From Octopus bimaculoides (Eukaryota): 54,842 bases of DNA. This document shows, piece by piece, positions 50,228-54,842 of the stretch. The notes beneath the pieces are model-generated. The model ran no database searches. It was not told where the DNA came from and saw only the letters and a list, made by a program, of their open reading frames with translations. Each line of letters begins with the position of its first letter. The stretch's first letter is position 1. The DNA lies in contig NC_068982.1 of the NCBI RefSeq assembly GCF_001194135.2, forward strand, positions 70,654,523 through 70,709,364, given 5' to 3'. Both the position numbers and the translations under genes were made by a program.

Positions 50228-50315
50228 GTTTTCTGTTATGTCTCTTGACAAGAGTGGTATGGTGACATATAGCAAGTCAACTCCTATACACCGTTTGCGT
50301 TTTGTACCTGATGAG
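50228..50315 (+). CDS. GMCL1: GMCL1 exon 14 (KFSVMSLDKSGMVTYSKSTPIHRLRFVPDE); terminal exon not located
   Basis: Acceptor cttcag, donor GTAAGC. SxDxSG motif. Cumulative CDS of 1299 nt ends in phase 0. Confidence 0.88.
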
Positions 50316-51485
50316 GTAAGCCTTAGTCCATTATTCTATTTCGAACTTCCACATTTAACTCAAGTGATAACCAGCAGAATTCTTAGAGTGTTGGATAGAA
50401 TGCACTGCAGTATTTGTTCCAACTTTGTGTCCTGATTTCAAATTCTACTAAGATTGTCTTTGCCTTTCATTATTTCATCATCAATGTGAACATTATTTTA
50501 ATATCCATTTTCCTGTGCTTGCAGCAATCAAACAAAGTTAATTGAGACAGATTTTTCAATGGCAAGAGGTCATAGAAAATCCCTTTTCTTTGGCTCTTCC
50601 TGTTGCCAACTTTCTGTTACCCTTTTTCAGTTTCTGATCCACTCACAAAGCTTTTGTTGGTTTGGGGCTATAGTAGAAGACACTTACTTGTCCAAGGTGC
50701 CAACAGGGGTACGGAACCTTTTTATTAACCCCGAAAAGTACCAATCCAGAACAATGGATTAAAAGAACTGTTAGTGTATCAGACAAGATGCCTTGAAATG
50801 TATTCTGATCCTTTGCATTCTGATAGCAATATCTGGGAGGAAACTGGTGCCAAACTGGGTCAGCCCTGAAGTTGCAGCCTTTCCTTTGGATAAACATGGG
50901 TGACATGTAAAGGGGAGACTCTTATACTTGAGCAACTGCCTGTCTTTCAAAAAAAGGGCTTACCAAGGCCTGTACATACAGATGCAGATAAATGGTCAGC
51001 CCTGACCACTGGAGAACTCTCCACCACCACCACATTTAATGCAGATTAATGCATTTGAGTTTAAACCTTAATACAGCTTAAATGCAACTACACTTGTTGC
51101 TTTCCTCTTCCCTATTTTTTTTTTGTCTATCAAATCTTAATTTATTATTACACATGACATGGCATCATGCTGTCAAAGAGAGTTTTGTTTTGATTCCGAG
51201 TTATAACCATTTCATTTAGCAAGGAAAATGGATGTTGAATGATTATTATGATGATGACGATATACATAAACAAATACACACACACACACACACACAACCA
51301 CATGCACACACACACACACACACACACATGTATATGATGCCACATAAAAAGCACCCAGTACACTCTGTGGAATGGTTGGCATTAGAAAGGGCATCTGGCC
51401 ATAGAAACCAAGCCAGAACAGACAATGGAGCTTGGTGAGACCCCTGTCCTTACCAGCGTGGAAAACGAGTGTTAAAGGATGATGA

Positions 51486-51523
<38 letters not shown>

Positions 51524-51835
51524 NNNNNNNNNNNNNNNNNNNNNNNNNNNNNNNNNNNNNNNNNNNNNNNNNNNNNNNNNNNNNNNNNNNNNNNNNNNNN
51601 NNNNNNNNNNNNNNNNNNNNNNNNNNNNNNNNNNNNNNNNNNNNNNNNNNNNNNNNNNNNNNNNNNNNNNNNNNNNNNNNNNNNNNNNNNNNNNNNNNNN
51701 NNNNNNNNNNNNNNNNNNNNNNNNNNNNNNNNNNNNNNNNNNNNNNNNNNNNNNNNNNNNNNNNNNNNNNNNNNNNNNNNNNNNNNNNNNNNNNNNNNNN
51801 NNNNNNNNNNNNNNNNNNNNNNNNNNNNNNNNNNN

Positions 51836-51893
<58 letters not shown>

Positions 51894-53720
51894 TCACTTG
51901 ATCTTGATCTTGATCTCTCTATCTATCTATCTATCTATTCATACTTTTTCATAAAATCAATTCAATATTTAATAGCCATGAGATTAATGAACTAGGCTAC
52001 TGATCACAAGGTCCTAAGTTCAAATCTGTTTATAACTCTTGTTAGATGCTTTCAAGCAAGGAACATAACTCTGATTGCTCTTGTTTGCCTGAATTAGAGG
52101 GGTGAAAATGTTTTTTCTTCTACTTCTTCCCAGTTAGTAATAATAAAGTAATCCAGATCATTGCTGCGATAGCAATCATTCCCAATTATGCTGGCATGTA
52201 AAATGGATGTAAAATAGTTTAGTTTGAAACTGATAAAATTATTTCTAACTTATTGGCTGGGCATGAAGTGGACTGTCACTCACTAGCCAACACACAGCTC
52301 ATAACCCTTTTTTGGGTACGGGGCTAGTTGATTACATTGACCCCAGTGCTCAACTGGTACTTATTTCATCAACCCTGAAAGTTGACATCAGTGGAATTTG
52401 AACTCAGAACACAGAGATGGACAAAATGCAGCTAAGCGTTTTATCCAACATGGTAACAATTCTTCAAGCTTGCTGCCTTCACACAGCTCATAATCATAAC
52501 CCAGATTATGATCTCTTGGCAAGGTGAATCAAATGAATCACTGATATAAAACAGCTAAAATTGTTAAGAAATTTATCAGCTGGAGATTCTAAGCATATGA
52601 AACAATAATCTTTAGCTGTTGATTTTACATTTGTATCATTGCCATCTTGGGCATCTTTAGTGGATCCCATTCTTTTGCAAGCATTCAGGTCAGGTATCCC
52701 TTCATGTGCCTTCCTTCCTTCCCATTTCAGAGATCCTGCAAAGGGTCACAGGCATTGCTTCTCTCTTAAAGAAAAGATAAAATAATGAATATTTTAATGT
52801 TTTTTTCTCCCTGATTTATTACGTAAAAGAGAAGAATTGTCACATTAACTTTTATTTTATTCCACACAATAGAACGAATAACCACTTAGAACGTAATCAT
52901 TAAAATGTAACTCTGTCAGCAACTTGGCCTGTCAGGGATGACTATCACCTTACCACACATCCAATAGGCAGAAAAGGACTCAGTTTGCACCAGAATAGAT
53001 ACCATGCTCAACATTAATATCTGTATATTTCTTAATAAATTGAATAAATCTTTAATCATTATAGATAAATATGAAGAAATTTGATTTCCTGAGTCACATC
53101 TTTGATAAGCTTAGCACCATGATTAGGGTTGCAAGGGAAACATAATTTTTAGTGTAAAGTTCCATAACTCCTGTTAGGTTACCACTTGATCATTTTGTCT
53201 TCTTGTATGGAATCAAGCCATCATTTTTTTTGCAAATGTAACCCACCCACACCCATTCCAATTTCTCTCGCCATCACTATTTACAGTCACTTCTTTCCGA
53301 TCTCTAAATTTCTCCCCTCACACTATGAAACATCTCCTCTGTACCATTTATATTCCCCCCACTGTTCCTTGTGGGTATGTCTCAATGCATCTCCAATACC
53401 ACCCATTTCTCTCTCTCTAACTCTATCTCACCTTCCTCTCCTTTCATTTCCTATTGGAGTAGTAAGGTACCTGTCTCTATCCCTCTATCATATTTTAACC
53501 TCTCTTTTGTCGCAAAACCCACCTCCCTCAGTTCCACTCCTTCTCTCAGCCAAGAGATCTTTGCCTTGAAAGTTATTTGCTGACCCTCACTGGTGCCACG
53601 TAAAAAGCATTAGTGCTCATGCTACAAAAAAGCATCCAATACACTCTGTAAAGTGGTTGATGTTAGGAAGAGCATCTAGCTGTAAAATCCATGCCAAAGC
53701 AGACAATGGAGCCTGGTGCA

Positions 53721-53880
53721 GCTCTCTGGCTTACCAGCTCTCTGGCTTACCAGCTCTCTGGTTTACCAGCTCTCTGGCTTACCAGCTCTCTGGCTTACCA
53801 GCTCTCTGGCTTACCAGCTCTCTGGCTTACCAGCTCTCTGGCTTACCAGCTCTCTGGCTTACCAGCTCTCTGGCTTACCA
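53721..53880. repeat. 16-bp minisatellite, 10 copies (GCTCTCTGGCTTACCA)
   Basis: 160 bp with one variant unit (GTTTACCA). Embedded in a plus-strand family D-like element. Confidence 0.95.
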
Positions 53881-54794
53881 TCTCTTGTCAAACCATCCAG
53901 CCCATACCAGCAAGGAAGACACATACTACGAGGGTGATGATTATGATGATGATCAATTCGATCTGGAGGGAGGGACAATGCCTTTGATGTCCTAAGATTG
54001 GTGAGATTGACACTGTTATTGTTAAAGTTGCACTTAAACTCTTGCAGTTTGGCAGCTACAGGTAAACAATGTGCTGGAAGGGAATTTTAGAGCCAGCATT
54101 ATGAAGAGGAAAATCTAGGTGTAAAGGACAGTGGGAAGAAAAGCAGTAAGGGTGGCAAGAGGAGGAAAGATGAGTGAGTCAAGAGTACCTAAGTGGAGGT
54201 GACATGAGACCGGCTGTGAGAAGCAGAGACTGCTGCAATAGTGGTAGAAAAGGTAGAGAGAGGACACAGCTCATCTGTGGGTCAAGAAGTTGAAGTGCAT
54301 TGATGAGTGACTTCATGTCTGTCAGTTGAGTGGTCTTCCTTTGGGTGCATTCAACAGTGTGTATGTGCTGTATTAAGAGATGTGCTTCCTAACTACATGG
54401 TTTGAGTCCCATTGTGTGGCACCTTAAGTTAGTGTCTTCCAGCATCAAGCAGACTAAAGCCTTGTGAGTGGATTCGGTAAACAAAAATTAAAAGATGCCT
54501 CTTCTTTATATACATGTGTGTGTATGTGTGTCCCCCTTGAAAGCATGAAAAAGTAGACATTAAACAATGAATGACTCCTGTGTATGTATTGACATCACAC
54601 AGTTGTTGTAAACAAGTGTCACTGTCATACATAGGGTGGTCTTCAGTTTTAGTCATCTATGAAAACATGTCCAGCCATGGGGGAATATTATGTTGCTTGG
54701 AAACAGGTGAGATTTGGCAATGGAAAGATGGACTTCAAAATAATGCTGGTGGAATATATGTAGATGTGTGTATGTGTGTGCATAAATACATACA

Positions 54795-54842
<48 letters not shown>

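Noticed and set aside
50525-50545. Acceptor TTGCAG followed by QSNKVN* as the GMCL1 last exon
   Set aside because: Only 6 codons and no similarity to the conserved GCL C-terminus.
52694-52702. U12-like donor GTATCCCTT
   Set aside because: One mismatch from the consensus, with no upstream coding exon and no matching U12 branch site.
53657-53995. Repetitive ORFs (SSLAYQLSGLPALWLT)n and a superficial CRISPR-like periodicity
   Set aside because: Translations of the 16-bp minisatellite. There are no unique spacers and no cas genes, and the context is eukaryotic.

Overview
AT-rich, repeat-dense animal genomic DNA from a draft assembly with many N gaps. The SINE families and microsatellite load point to an octopus/cephalopod (inferred, no database check). 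One host gene dominates: a plus-strand germ cell-less-like gene (GMCL1/gcl, BTB-BACK CUL3 adaptor). I reconstructed it by hand as 14 GT-AG coding exons from 8106 to 50315 (1299 nt, 433 codons, all intron phases compatible); its terminal exon was not found. Upstream (1-6.2 kb) is a nested transposon cluster: a full-length decayed mariner with TIRs and TA TSD, a mariner MITE, a LINE 3' end with three C2H2-like fingers, an REL-endonuclease LINE split by two related solo LTRs in convergent inverted orientation, and a palindromic MITE. Introns hold several tRNA-derived SINE families (one in same-orientation arrays), piggyBac-like and hAT MITEs, a deleted mariner, a Penelope GIY-YIG remnant and microsatellites. 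Best leads: the convergent LTR pair, a possible SINE/REL-LINE tail partnership, a two-template mosaic insertion in intron 1, a CpG-retaining island in intron 12, and a possible read-through C-terminus. I found no clearly new biological system. Several apparent duplications are assembly artefacts.
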